A stretch of DNA of 64,000 nt from an uncultured bacterium (GCA_963749445.1 CAVVMJ010000010.1:43913-107912); one strand, 5' to 3'. Shown: positions 1 to 10,378, counted from the stretch's first letter. A program made the numbers and translations. Notes: generated by a model not told the origin, from the letters alone.

Positions 1-110
1 CGGTCAACCGTTAAAACCACGGCCGCGGGCCTGTCGTTTAAATTCAGCATCATTCCGCCGCCGCGGTTTTGCGCTTCTGTAATTAGTTGCTCTAAATAAT
101 TATTGTCCAT
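1..110 (-). CDS. 5' part of a gene running off the window edge (MDNNYLEQLITEAQNRGGGMMLNLNDRPAAVVLTVD...)
   Basis: ATG at 110, frame open to position 1; NDRPAAVVL resembles the Phd/YefM-type N-terminal motif; not in the ORF track. Confidence 0.55.
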   Translation of the reverse strand, partial: MDNNYLEQLITEAQNRGGGMMLNLNDRPAAVVLTVD

Positions 111-377
111 ATGCCACCGATTTAACGCGGATAACTACGCGGATCATGCGCTGATAGACAGCTTTCCGCGTTCTATCCGCGCCGTCATCCGCGTCATTCC
201 GCGGCCTTAAATAAAAACAGCCTAGATTAATTTTTAAGCTGTCCTTGATTTGTATATTTATTTGTGCGCCCGAAACTGTGCCTAGACTAATCATAGCACG
301 TTAAAAAAAGATTGCAAATTGGCTGAAACAAACGTGGGTCTTTAAAATTTTATTGGCCTTAATCTTGACACTTTTTG

Positions 378-710
378 TTATTTTGCAAAAGGCGAGGCCA
401 AATAACCTTTCAACATAAACACAAGAAGCGCAAATAATAAAGTTCCAATAAGGGAAAGTTTTGAGTAATTATCTTTTGGGGTTTTGCCCCCAGTCAGCAG
501 GAAAGTCAGTTCATCGAGGAACAAAGCCCAGCCGATGGCGTATATCGTAACCGAGTGAATCATTAAACCGGCAAAGATGCCCGCAACCCCATACATGTAG
601 TGATGAATCCTGAATTTTCCGATGGTCGGGGCAGCTATTGGGCGAATAAAAAGAAATACCCTGATGACAAGAACCGTTGCTGCAAAAAAATAAAAAAAGT
701 AATTGCCCAT
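378..710 (-). CDS. small integral membrane protein
   Basis: 110 aa, several hydrophobic segments, RIHHYMYG and LFLDE motifs. Confidence 0.7.
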   Translation of the reverse strand: MGNYFFYFFAATVLVIRVFLFIRPIAAPTIGKFRIHHYMYGVAGIFAGLMIHSVTIYAIGWALFLDELTFLLTGGKTPKDNYSKLSLIGTLLFALLVFMLKGYLASPFAK

Positions 711-806
711 AGTTCACCTGTTAAAAAAATAAATCACGAACACGCCGACAAAAACCAACAACCCGCCGATTATGGTGGCGGTGTTAACCACGCAACACCT
801 GTACCT

Positions 807-1658
807 TTATTTTTCGCCATAAAATATTCCGTAAACTCCTAAACCATCTCGCCAAGCAAAGTACTGGTCGCGGAAAGCTCGCATATGGGAAGTTCTAAGG
901 GCTTTAATTCCAAACCACCCTAACACTTTAGAGACAGGCAGCATAATGCAGGCGAGATTGTAAACGCGTTTGGCAATCGGCATGACAAAAGAAGTTTTAT
1001 CTATCCATCTGATTTGTTTAAATCCAATCTCATTAAGATACCGTTCAAATTCCGTTCGTTCCGGCAGCACGGGGACATGCACGCCTTCAAAACAGGTTTT
1101 GGCAATAGCTTGTTCCCTGGGCGTTAGGGTGTTTTTGTCTTTTCCAAAGTAACCGTCGGCAATCGCCATGCGTCCGCCGGGTTTTAATATCCTCAAAATC
1201 TCCTTAAGTACCAGGGGCTTTTGTGTGGAGTGGCAAATGCTCTCTATGGCTATAGTAACGTCAAAAGTATTGTCGGGGAAAGTAGTGTGATGATAATCCA
1301 TTGTCAGAAAATCTGTGAGATGTTCCACCCTGTATTTTTCGGCCAATTTTTTAGCATGCATCACTTGGTCTTCAGCAATGGTAATACCGGTCACGTGACA
1401 GCCGATATGAGAGGCAAGCCAAACTGCCGTTGCACCATAACCACAGCCTAAATCAATGACCTTATCAAAAGAGTTCAGCTTTACCAGTTCGGCTAAGACA
1501 CGGTTCTCATTGAGCAAAGCTTCCTTGTGGCTCCGGGTGGTTTTGTCCCATAAACCAAAATGCATGGAAATGTTACTAAAGCTGCCGCTGTAAAGGCGGT
1601 AGTCCAGTTTGCTGAAATTATAATAATCCACTATTTCCTTATCGGTTAGATTTGGCAT
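807..1658 (-). CDS. class I SAM-dependent methyltransferase (tocopherol/sterol methyltransferase-like)
   Basis: MHFGLW, VIDLGCGYG, LKPGG motifs; start moved to ATG 1658, downstream of the terminator. Confidence 0.85.
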   Translation of the reverse strand: MPNLTDKEIVDYYNFSKLDYRLYSGSFSNISMHFGLWDKTTRSHKEALLNENRVLAELVKLNSFDKVIDLGCGYGATAVWLASHIGCHVTGITIAEDQVMHAKKLAEKYRVEHLTDFLTMDYHHTTFPDNTFDVTIAIESICHSTQKPLVLKEILRILKPGGRMAIADGYFGKDKNTLTPREQAIAKTCFEGVHVPVLPERTEFERYLNEIGFKQIRWIDKTSFVMPIAKRVYNLACIMLPVSKVLGWFGIKALRTSHMRAFRDQYFAWRDGLGVYGIFYGEK

Positions 1659-1689
1659 ATTTATCTTTATTTTAGCAGTTTTTAAGGTA

Positions 1690-1727
1690 AAATAAAAACA
1701 AGGGCAAGGCCTTGCGGCCTTGCCCTT
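1690..1727 (-). terminator. intrinsic terminator of the large surface-protein gene
   Basis: AAGGGCAAGGCC-GCAA-GGCCTTGCCCTT followed by GTTTTTATTT on the minus strand. Confidence 0.85.
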
Positions 1728-1746
1728 TACGGATTTACTAATGTAA

Positions 1747-4700
1747 TTATCTTCCAACCAATTTCAGAAGCGTTTTGCGCTTTTTTACCACCGCGAACGC
1801 GCCGACCATCAATCCGGCAAAAACAAAAGCGTTGGTATCCGCGCCGGTCTTGGGGGCCACAAGCGCTCCCAAAACCTGCGGCGTGTTGATGTTAATCGTT
1901 ATCGCGTTGCCGTAAGTGTTGGTCATAACGTAATGCAGATTGCTGGCCAAAAAGTACTTAATGCGCACGCGGAACGATTTGCTCACGCTGCCGCCGGCCG
2001 ACACAGTAATGGGCGGATAGTTGATGACATTGCCGGAAAGCGTGCCGCCGCCGTTGTCACTGATGTCCGCGTAAGGCAGAACCTGGGACAAATCATCCGT
2101 GACCACAAAGTTGGTGGCCGGCGAATTGCCGTTATTGGTTACCGTCAAAGTGTAAGTAATATAGTCTTCTTTGGAAGCCGGCTGTGTGGTAGCGTCAACA
2201 TTTTTGGTATCGTTCCAGGCTTTTTTGGCGTATATCAAATTAACATTGCCGCCGAGCACGTTGCCGTTGCCGTTAACGAAGACCCACGCGTCATCCTGCA
2301 CATTCGGCACGCTGTCGCCGCGGGCGCTGGCCGTGTTTTCAATGCTGGTGCCGCTGCCGGCCACAACCTGGGCCTGGAAAGTCGCGGTAACGCTCTGACC
2401 CGTGGAAAGCGAGCCCAAATTCAGGCTGTTGCCATACCAGTTGCTGCCGGAATTATAACCGTTGTTGTAATTATTATTGTTGTAATAACCGCCGCTGACC
2501 TGCGTGCTGCCGGAAATCCATTGCAGGCCGCTTACGCCCGCGTCGGTCAAAACCACATTATTGACGCTGGCGTTGCCCGTGTTGGTCACGGTAATTTGGA
2601 ACTGTACGGTATCATTCACGTTGGCGCTTACGGTTTTTTGGAACGAGCCGCCCGCCGTAATATTCCTGACCATTTTTTGGATGCCCAACTGCACGTACTG
2701 GTTATACGGTACCGGGTTATTATAGTAGTAAGGATTACTGTTGGACGACGCGTAGTAATAATAGGTGTTGGTCGTATTAGTTACGTTGTGGGAATCCGTA
2801 GTATTGGTTGTGGTATTGGTTACATTGTGGGAGTCTGTGGTATTCGTAATGTTATGCGAATCGGTGCTGTAATTTATATTATGCGAATCCGAGGTGTTGA
2901 TAATATTATTGCAGGAATTGTTTATGCAGGTATTGATGTTGTTTGTATTGCCGCCGTTGTTGTTATTTGAAGCCTGCAAAGTTATGGCGATAGTAGAAAG
3001 CAGCTGGTTGCAGCTTGCATCATACATCTTAAATACATAACTGCCGCCGGCCTGCAAATCGGAAACCGTTTGCTGGCCGTTGGCACCGCCGCTGGCAAAA
3101 GCCAGTTCCGCGGAAGAGCCGGGGTTGATGCGGGTTATGCGGATTTGGTTGGTGCCCGATGAAGCCCAGCTTATGGTTGAGCTGTAAGCGCTCCCGTTAA
3201 TCAGCAAAGCAGGCGCGGAATAGTTTAAGGTTGCGCCGGTATTGGAGGTACAAACCTGCGGCTGCTGCGAGACATGGACGCTGCAGTTAGCAGATTGGCT
3301 GCCGCTGGTCACGGTTACTGTTTTGGTGCCGATTGAAGTGTAAGTGACTCCGCTGAGCGTATTGCCCAAGGCCGTGCCGTAATTGGCGCCGGGATCGGAC
3401 CAGTTATAACTGCCGTTGCCGCCGGTAGCGGTAAAGTTTACGGCTTGATTGGTTTGGACGCTGGTCGGGTTGGCAAAGCAGGTTAAAGTTTGCGGCTGCT
3501 GGATGACGATGTTAACAACCGGACAACTCACGCCGTTGACTGTGGTTATGCCGCTGGTTACGCCGGCATTAAAGCGGGTAAGAAAAGTCGTGCCCTGGCC
3601 GGCAAACGGCACGGCGCTTTGCGCCGACCAAGTGTAGGTCTGGCTGGAAACAGGGTTGCTAATAGCGTAAGAGACCTGGTCAGACGGCGCATTGCTGCTG
3701 CCGTTTACTGTGGAAGGGGAAGTTAACTGGCAAATCGGCTGATTATTAACAGGAGCAGAACATTTAGCCGAAGCCTGGGCGCTGGCATTGGCCTGGGCCT
3801 GAGCCTGGGCTTGCTGCTGGGCCTGGCTTTGCGCCTTGTTTTGCGCGTCGGCTTGGCTGACGTTGCTGGTGGCTGTGGCGCTGGCCGAAGCCGAGGCCGA
3901 AGCCGAGGCAAACGAGCCGTCAGGGCAGGAAGCGCTGGCCGAAGCCGTGGCGCTGGCCGTGGCAGTTGCCGTAAACGTTCCGGGCTGAACCTGGATATTA
4001 ATAGTCACTATCGGACAGCTCACACCGTTAACGGTAACCGTTCCGGTAGATACACCGGCGTTAAAGCGGGTAAGAAAAGTCGTACCCTGGCCGGCAAACG
4101 GCACGGCGCTTTGCGCCGACCAAGTGTAGGTCTGGCTGGAAACAGGGTTGCTAATAGCGTAAGAGACCTGGTCAGACGGCGCATTGCTGCTGCCGTTTAC
4201 TGTGGAAGGGGAAGTCAACTGGCAAATCGGCTGATTAGCCGGAGCCTGGTTAACCAAAACCGAACAATTGGCGCGCTGGCCGTCAATGCTGCTGACGCTG
4301 GCGGTCTGCGTGCCAACGACACTGTAGTTAACGGTATAACTGGTATAATCCGCCGAAGCGTTCGCCGAAGAAGCGTTGCTGGTAGACCAGCCATAAGCGC
4401 GGCTGGTATCGCCGCCACTGGCGGTAAATACAACCGGTTGACCAAGAGTAATCGAGGCAACGTTGGCGCTGCAGGTTAAAGTCGGAAACTGAGTAGGAGT
4501 GCTACCGCAGCTCAAACTCGGCACAGGCACGTATTTATCAATTTGCGGATAACCATCCGCGGTTAAATAGAAATGTACGGTTTTACCGGGAGTCAACCAC
4601 GGGGCGTCTTGTCCTCCGAAGGGGCTGTTGGCAGCCGCTGCAAATAAACTAGGCTGGCCGGTGGAAGTATTAACTACATAGACTTTAACATTGTTTAAAT

Positions 4701-6642
4701 TGGAAGATGTCCAAGTCACGGTGCCGTCATACAAACATTGATTATAAAGCTGGTTGCCTACCTGGACGTTCAAAGTGGCACTACCGGCCGGAGGAGTGGG
4801 CGTACTGCCGCAGCTCAAAGCGGGCACAGGGACATACTTGTCGATTTGCGGATAATTATCGGCAGTCAAGTAAAAATGGACGCTGGTGCCCGGGGTCAAC
4901 CACGGCGCATCCTGGCTGCCACTTACAGCCGCGGCAAACAAACTCGGCTGGCCGGTTGAAGTATTAACCACGTAAACTTTAACATTGTTTAAATTAGAGG
5001 AAGACCAGGTGACAGTGCCATCATATAAACACTGGTTAGCAACCTGGCTGTTAACCTGAACATTTAACGTAGCGGTGCCGGCCGGAGGAGTGGGCGTACT
5101 GCCGCAGCTCAAAGCGGGCACATTGACGTATTTATCAATTTGCGGATAGTTGTCCGCGGTTAAGTAAAAGTGGACAGACGTGCCCGGAGTAAGCCACGGA
5201 GCATCGGAATTCCCCGAAACGGCGGCGCCGACTAAGCTGGGCTGGCCGGTGGAAGTGTTAACCACGTAGACTTTAACATTGTTTAAATTGGAAGATATCC
5301 AAGTCACGGTGCCGTCATATAAACACTGACCGGAAACCTGTCCGTTAAGATTAACATCCAAAGTAGCTGTGCCGGCCGGAGGGGTAGGCGTACTGCCGCA
5401 GCTCAAAGCAGGCACGCTGACATACTTGTCAATTTGCGGGTAACCATCCGCAGTTAAGTAGAAATGGGTGCTGGTGCCGGGAGTGAGCCACGGCGCATCC
5501 TGGCTGCCACTTACAGCCGCGGCAAACAAACTCGGCTGGCCGGTGGAAGTGTTAACCGCGTAAATTTTAACATTATTTAAATTAGAGGAAGACCATGTGA
5601 CAGTACCATCACCCAAACACTGGCCACTAACCTGGCCGTTGTAGCTTACATCCAAAGTGGCGGTGCCGGCCGGAGGAGTAGGCGTACTGCCGCAGCTCAA
5701 AGCAGGCACGCTGACATACTTGTCAATCTGCGGATAACCATCGGCGGTTAAATAAAAATGGGTGGATGTGCCGGGAGTGAGCCACGGGACATCTGCGTTG
5801 CCGCTTGTAGCGGCGCCAACCAAACCAGGCTGGCCGGTGGAAGTGTTAACCGCGTAAACTTTTACATTATCTAAACCTGAAGAAGTCCATGTTACAGTAC
5901 CATCGCCCAAACACTGGCCACTAACCTGGCCGTTATAGCTTACGTCCAAAGTGGCGGTGCCGGCCGGAGGGGTGGGCTGGGTTTGGCCGGTAACGGTAAC
6001 GGTAAAATAAATCAGTCTGATATAACCAAAACACGCCGGCTGGTCAGGCAAAGAAGCCGAAGAGTTTACAAAATTCAAGCTGCCCTGCCCAATGGGATCC
6101 ATATTCGGATCGCCGGTTCTCGCGCGCCATTGCTGGCCGCTGGCCGAAAGCGTTGTGCCGGAAAGCGTATTAATGTACATCTGGCCGTTTAAGGAATTGG
6201 AAGTGTTGTTAGCCGTAACCGAGGCGGAAATCATGTGACTGTCCGATGTGTTACTGTCAACCGTGGCGCTGACCTGTTCGCCGGTAGCCGCGGGGCCGCC
6301 CACGACCGCGCCGTTGTGCACATATAAAACAAATTCCACCTGGTCGCCGGGCTGGGCGCTAATCATATTATTTTCCGTATCGCCCTGCCAATCGCCGACA
6401 GCTTGCCCGTTGCGCACAATCTGGGCGCGCATAAACGGGGCGTCATTACAGCCGCCGCCGGTATGGGAAATTGAGTAAGGATTTAAAATCGGCGTGCTAA
6501 AAGTCGGGGTGCAGTCGGTTTCCGCGTGCAAAGAATTAATAACCCGCGGAGCCGCGGCCAAAACCGTCAAAGATACCGCAAAAAAACTCACCGCTAAAAC
6601 TGCGCCGACCTTGAAATTTAAAACCTGAGTATATTTTTTCAT
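1747..6642 (-). CDS. large repetitive cell-surface protein with DUF11-like domains and a sortase-type C-terminus
   Basis: signal peptide; five ~100-aa Cys-paired repeats; two ~85-aa repeats; DUF11-like TVQFQITVTNTG and ITYTLTVTNNG segments; APKTG + hydrophobic helix + KKRK tail. Confidence 0.9.
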   Translation of the reverse strand: MKKYTQVLNFKVGAVLAVSFFAVSLTVLAAAPRVINSLHAETDCTPTFSTPILNPYSISHTGGGCNDAPFMRAQIVRNGQAVGDWQGDTENNMISAQPGDQVEFVLYVHNGAVVGGPAATGEQVSATVDSNTSDSHMISASVTANNTSNSLNGQMYINTLSGTTLSASGQQWRARTGDPNMDPIGQGSLNFVNSSASLPDQPACFGYIRLIYFTVTVTGQTQPTPPAGTATLDVSYNGQVSGQCLGDGTVTWTSSGLDNVKVYAVNTSTGQPGLVGAATSGNADVPWLTPGTSTHFYLTADGYPQIDKYVSVPALSCGSTPTPPAGTATLDVSYNGQVSGQCLGDGTVTWSSSNLNNVKIYAVNTSTGQPSLFAAAVSGSQDAPWLTPGTSTHFYLTADGYPQIDKYVSVPALSCGSTPTPPAGTATLDVNLNGQVSGQCLYDGTVTWISSNLNNVKVYVVNTSTGQPSLVGAAVSGNSDAPWLTPGTSVHFYLTADNYPQIDKYVNVPALSCGSTPTPPAGTATLNVQVNSQVANQCLYDGTVTWSSSNLNNVKVYVVNTSTGQPSLFAAAVSGSQDAPWLTPGTSVHFYLTADNYPQIDKYVPVPALSCGSTPTPPAGSATLNVQVGNQLYNQCLYDGTVTWTSSNLNNVKVYVVNTSTGQPSLFAAAANSPFGGQDAPWLTPGKTVHFYLTADGYPQIDKYVPVPSLSCGSTPTQFPTLTCSANVASITLGQPVVFTASGGDTSRAYGWSTSNASSANASADYTSYTVNYSVVGTQTASVSSIDGQRANCSVLVNQAPANQPICQLTSPSTVNGSSNAPSDQVSYAISNPVSSQTYTWSAQSAVPFAGQGTTFLTRFNAGVSTGTVTVNGVSCPIVTINIQVQPGTFTATATASATASASASCPDGSFASASASASASATATSNVSQADAQNKAQSQAQQQAQAQAQANASAQASAKCSAPVNNQPICQLTSPSTVNGSSNAPSDQVSYAISNPVSSQTYTWSAQSAVPFAGQGTTFLTRFNAGVTSGITTVNGVSCPVVNIVIQQPQTLTCFANPTSVQTNQAVNFTATGGNGSYNWSDPGANYGTALGNTLSGVTYTSIGTKTVTVTSGSQSANCSVHVSQQPQVCTSNTGATLNYSAPALLINGSAYSSTISWASSGTNQIRITRINPGSSAELAFASGGANGQQTVSDLQAGGSYVFKMYDASCNQLLSTIAITLQASNNNNGGNTNNINTCINNSCNNIINTSDSHNINYSTDSHNITNTTDSHNVTNTTTNTTDSHNVTNTTNTYYYYASSNSNPYYYNNPVPYNQYVQLGIQKMVRNITAGGSFQKTVSANVNDTVQFQITVTNTGNASVNNVVLTDAGVSGLQWISGSTQVSGGYYNNNNYNNGYNSGSNWYGNSLNLGSLSTGQSVTATFQAQVVAGSGTSIENTASARGDSVPNVQDDAWVFVNGNGNVLGGNVNLIYAKKAWNDTKNVDATTQPASKEDYITYTLTVTNNGNSPATNFVVTDDLSQVLPYADISDNGGGTLSGNVINYPPITVSAGGSVSKSFRVRIKYFLASNLHYVMTNTYGNAITININTPQVLGALVAPKTGADTNAFVFAGLMVGAFAVVKKRKTLLKLVGR
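4490..5980 (-). repeat. five tandem ~300-bp intragenic repeats
   Basis: recurring C..DGTVTW..NVKVY.VNTSTGQP..PWLTPG..FYLTAD.YPQIDKYV..P.LSCGSTPT units. Confidence 0.9.
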
Positions 6643-6691
6643 ATGTCCTAAATGTTAGCTTACCAAAGCTAAGTTTATAATTTAACTTATT

Positions 6692-6720
6692 ATACTACAA
6701 CTTTTCCAACCTTTTGTCAA
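6692..6720 (-). promoter_or_regulatory. sigma70-type promoter of the surface-protein gene
   Basis: TTGACA-17 nt-TAGTAT. Confidence 0.75.
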
Positions 6721-6980
6721 CCTCACTATTTAAAAAATCGCTTAAATAAAAGGATAAAACTTTTTTATGCTTTAACTGTGTGTAAATATTACGGCTACTT
6801 AAAACATATTTATCTGCTTTTCATTGTATTATAACCGTCATTTAATTTCCACTAATGTTTTGATTGATGGAAATTAAGCAACGGTTAATTTTAATGAGAT
6901 CTGCAGGGCTGGAGGGTGAATGGTTCATGATTTCTCATGTCCACTCTCCCCGTCCAGCCCGACAAAGCATATGAATCGTG

Positions 6981-8489
6981 TTATTTGCAGGCGCCCGGCG
7001 TTCCCGGGGCCAAAATGGGATTACAGGTTGTGACCGGTGCCCCCGGCGGCTTGGCTGGCTCCGTTTGCGTCGTTGTTGTTGTACCGCCGCCGTGATGCGT
7101 GGCAGCGATAATCGCGCCGGCCGCGGCAATCGCGACTACAATCGCAATCCACCACTTGCTACCAGCCGCCTTGAGCAGACCCTCACAGTGGATAACGCAC
7201 CCATCGTCGGTTGTTACATCAAGGGCAAACTGAACTTCCTTCTTCTTGTTCAGCTCGGCTGTTGTAACGAGCAGCGAGTTATCGCTGCCTGTGACGTTAC
7301 CGTTTACTCCCCACCTAATGGACTTTATCTGCCGACCCTTGAGTTGGGCCGGGGAAATGAAATCAGAGATGTTGAGCCGAATGCCGTCCTTCCCAACCCT
7401 AAAAGTCTGGTTGGGCTTGGAACAAGTCGGGCAAACCGGTTTCGAAGGTAGTGGAGGTGGTGAAGCTTCAACCCTCTTGACCACTACCGCAAACGGGCAG
7501 CTCGATCGCCGACCGAACTGGTCGGTAAGATCAAACGAGCCGGGATAAGTCCCGGGAGCGAAGTTGGTGATCTTAGGGCCGAAGGCGAATACATCTTCGC
7601 GCCCGTCGAGATCAGGGTTAGTGGACTGCACCTCCCCTTTCACCAGCCATTCAGCCTTCAGCCTGAGGTTTTCCGCCGCCCCAATAGCCCTCCCCCTAAA
7701 CTCAAGCACCTGTTCAGGAGTCAAGGAAAAAGGCGGCGTGTCAGTGGTAATGAGGTCGCCGTTCTGCCAAAGTCCGCAGGTTGCGAACCCGGGCCGTGTA
7801 ACTGGCGGCGTCCCTGGTTCGCTTGGCGTGGTCTCAAACCACACTTCCACGAACACATATCCGAAGTTGCCACAAATGAACACCAGATTGATAACGACAG
7901 CTTCGGATTCGATGAAGAATTCACAAGACTGCGTTCTGGCGGCCAGCTCCGGCGGAACCTCCAACTTCTCGTTCACCCCTGTACCATTCGCCATGATCAC
8001 GAACCTGCTCGGTTCGAGTAGCTTACTTGGCTTGCATGCTCCGGCTTCGATCTTTTTCTTGAACTCTTCCTTAGCCTCTGCCGACAAATTCAAACGTTTA
8101 TCTATGGCTTCAAAGAGCTCATCTTGCTGGTTCACGGTCGGCGGCATATTGACGATCGGGGTGGACGTAATGGGATCCCGGCGCCATTCGTGCTGCATGA
8201 CTGTCCAGTCCATGTCTGCGAGCCGCTTCATTTCGGGATCAACGTTCCCCTGCCTTTGCAGGTACGCGTCGATCTCCTCACGGGTACGCAGAACATGGAA
8301 GTAAGTTACCTTGCCATCCTCCACCTTCTTGTAGTCATAGCGCCGGCCGGAGGCTGTCACGCCACCGCCGTTCTGGAGCGTCGTAGGCAGTTGGGTTTGC
8401 GGTTGCTGGGCGAGCACGGACTGAGGTCCGGTCACCATCAACAACGCCAAAATCAAGGCCAGTATCTGGCCCACGTTCATACGATTCAT
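6981..8489 (-). CDS. secreted/membrane-anchored Cys-containing hypothetical protein
   Basis: AAGGAGG 9 nt before ATG 8489; signal peptide; C-terminal TM helix; PKD/Ig-like segments. Confidence 0.75.
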   Translation of the reverse strand: MNRMNVGQILALILALLMVTGPQSVLAQQPQTQLPTTLQNGGGVTASGRRYDYKKVEDGKVTYFHVLRTREEIDAYLQRQGNVDPEMKRLADMDWTVMQHEWRRDPITSTPIVNMPPTVNQQDELFEAIDKRLNLSAEAKEEFKKKIEAGACKPSKLLEPSRFVIMANGTGVNEKLEVPPELAARTQSCEFFIESEAVVINLVFICGNFGYVFVEVWFETTPSEPGTPPVTRPGFATCGLWQNGDLITTDTPPFSLTPEQVLEFRGRAIGAAENLRLKAEWLVKGEVQSTNPDLDGREDVFAFGPKITNFAPGTYPGSFDLTDQFGRRSSCPFAVVVKRVEASPPPLPSKPVCPTCSKPNQTFRVGKDGIRLNISDFISPAQLKGRQIKSIRWGVNGNVTGSDNSLLVTTAELNKKKEVQFALDVTTDDGCVIHCEGLLKAAGSKWWIAIVVAIAAAGAIIAATHHGGGTTTTTQTEPAKPPGAPVTTCNPILAPGTPGACK

Positions 8490-8679
8490 TTCATTAGGCC
8501 TCCTTGGCCCTTTTGATTCTGTTTGGATTTTTTCTCGGCCTCGGGCCGAATTTGTACTTCCTACTTGGTTGGCCCGAGTTGGGTACCGAGTAGATAAGAA
8601 TCGCCAAAAAATAATTAAGGGAAAACCCAAAATAAGGGTTTTCCCTCCTCAAATTATTTGGTAAACCTAATCCACCCGA

Positions 8680-8721
8680 TAATGATTGACTTTTTGACGG
8701 CCGTCAAAAAGTCAATCATTA
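8680..8721. repeat. 42-bp perfect palindrome with CGG|CCG centre
   Basis: TAATGATTGACTTTTTGACGG|CCGTCAAAAAGTCAATCATTA. Confidence 0.9.
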
Positions 8722-8740
8722 CTAAAATATTTTAAATTTA

Positions 8741-10255
8741 TTAATTTTCCACTTGCGTTAGCTGGCCAAACACCACCAAACGATATTTCGTGGAACCAAC
8801 CGGCCAGCAGGTGGACAAAGCCACCACGCTCTGGCTGCTGTTTTTAAACTGCGCCTGGTCGCTCGGGCTGTATTGCTGGCGGCCGACCACCACATAATGA
8901 AGCACGTGGGTCTTGCCGTCTGTGGTGGTTACGGTAATGCTGAACGAAGTGTCGTCGGCCAGTTTATCCAGCTGGGTAAAAACGTGATTATAATTGCCTT
9001 TGGCCCAGGAATAATTGCTGGAGTGGCCTGAAATGTAAGTAGTGCCGATTTCGCCGGGCAAAGCCGTGCCGGGATAATGGATGACGCCGCTCTGCAAATC
9101 AGTATTAAAATTTTTGGGGTCCGTGCTCCAAATTAAAGGCGCGTCAATTTTTAATGACGGGATGGAAAGTTTACCCGGAATATTTTGGTTGATATCCAAA
9201 TTTGAACCGCCTAGTTGCTGCCCGGCAGGCAAAGCCACTGGCGGATTCTGCACGGTTGAATTTTGAACGGTCGGATTCTGATTCTGCGCAGTTGAATTCT
9301 GCGCGGCCGGCTGCCCGGCGGCTTGCGAACTGCCGTTTACAGACGGCGCAACCTGTGCCGTTGGCGTACCAAAACCATAATTGCCGACTACGGCGCCGGT
9401 TTGCGCCCCGGCCACCTGGCCGCTTTTTTGCATTTGCGCCAAAGTCTGGCGGTTGGAAATGACTTCAAAATCAAAATACTTATCAATAATCGCCTGCTGG
9501 GCCGAGGTCAGCTTTAAACCGCTGGTCGGGTCAATGCCGGCCTGTAGTGCGTCGCTGTCAGACATGCCGAGACCCATGGTATCGTAAGACTTGGGGTTCA
9601 AATTCAAAAGATATTTCTGGAAGTTGGACAAGCCGTTTCCGGAATTATCCGCGTTGGGATCCAAAACTGATGCTTGGGAAACATCATAATAAAACTGGCC
9701 AATCCATTGCTGATAGCCGGACAGGTTCCCCTGCTGCAGCTGGGCCAAAGAATTCTGCTTTGGCGTTTCGGCCTGGGCTTGGGGTTTTGTCAAAAAACCA
9801 AAATTTAAACTCGCGCCGCTGAAAAAATAAAGATAAACAAACAGGGCCACGGTAAACACCGCCACGTAAGGCGTAACGTTTTTAACGAGGTTCAAAATTT
9901 TATTGCCGCCGGAAGGCGGAGACTGATGCAAATCGCTAATATGTACCGGATCCGGTCCGTGATTAACCGCTTCATCATGCGCGGAGCCAACGCCGGGCAA
10001 ATCGCCAAAAACGGAGTGCTTGTCAGCGTTGTCCAACACCTCGCCCAAATCCACACCCGCGCCTTGGGCAAACAAACTCTTGCCCTCCGGCGCCTTGCCG
10101 AAACCGTCTTTATAACCGGGATCAACGCCGGCGCTGGACGGAGGCGTTTGAGGCGTTAGAGAGAGCGGAATGGGCATACCGAACAACTTGGCAACTTCCG
10201 GAGTTGCCGCCGGGTATTTTTTGGCCAAATTGTCTGTAGGATTATTGTCGCTCAT
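8741..10255 (-). CDS. sortase with long N-terminal region
   Basis: HYPGTALPG, ISGHSS, LSTCWP and RLVV catalytic motifs (His, Cys, Arg); one TM helix; Asp-rich DPNADNSGNGLSN thrombospondin-3-like segment. Confidence 0.9.
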   Translation of the reverse strand: MSDNNPTDNLAKKYPAATPEVAKLFGMPIPLSLTPQTPPSSAGVDPGYKDGFGKAPEGKSLFAQGAGVDLGEVLDNADKHSVFGDLPGVGSAHDEAVNHGPDPVHISDLHQSPPSGGNKILNLVKNVTPYVAVFTVALFVYLYFFSGASLNFGFLTKPQAQAETPKQNSLAQLQQGNLSGYQQWIGQFYYDVSQASVLDPNADNSGNGLSNFQKYLLNLNPKSYDTMGLGMSDSDALQAGIDPTSGLKLTSAQQAIIDKYFDFEVISNRQTLAQMQKSGQVAGAQTGAVVGNYGFGTPTAQVAPSVNGSSQAAGQPAAQNSTAQNQNPTVQNSTVQNPPVALPAGQQLGGSNLDINQNIPGKLSIPSLKIDAPLIWSTDPKNFNTDLQSGVIHYPGTALPGEIGTTYISGHSSNYSWAKGNYNHVFTQLDKLADDTSFSITVTTTDGKTHVLHYVVVGRQQYSPSDQAQFKNSSQSVVALSTCWPVGSTKYRLVVFGQLTQVEN

Positions 10256-10317
10256 AAATCTAAAAATGCCTTATTTATGATGATTTTACTAAATATTAAC
10301 CGGTACGTTAACATCAC

Positions 10318-10346
10318 ATATTAGCACATTTATATATATTTGTCAA
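10318..10346 (-). promoter_or_regulatory. sigma70-type promoter of the sortase gene
   Basis: TTGACA-17 nt-TAATAT with extended TG. Confidence 0.7.
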
Positions 10347-10378
10347 GTCCATAGTTTTGATGTAAAATACCTTTAGGT

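Noticed and set aside
100-294. 64-aa ORF
   Set aside because: Built largely from an inverted tandem repeat; the better gene starts at 110
1933-8516. Long antisense ORFs over the surface-protein and ORFan genes
   Set aside because: Shadow frames of GC-rich coding sequence with no motifs
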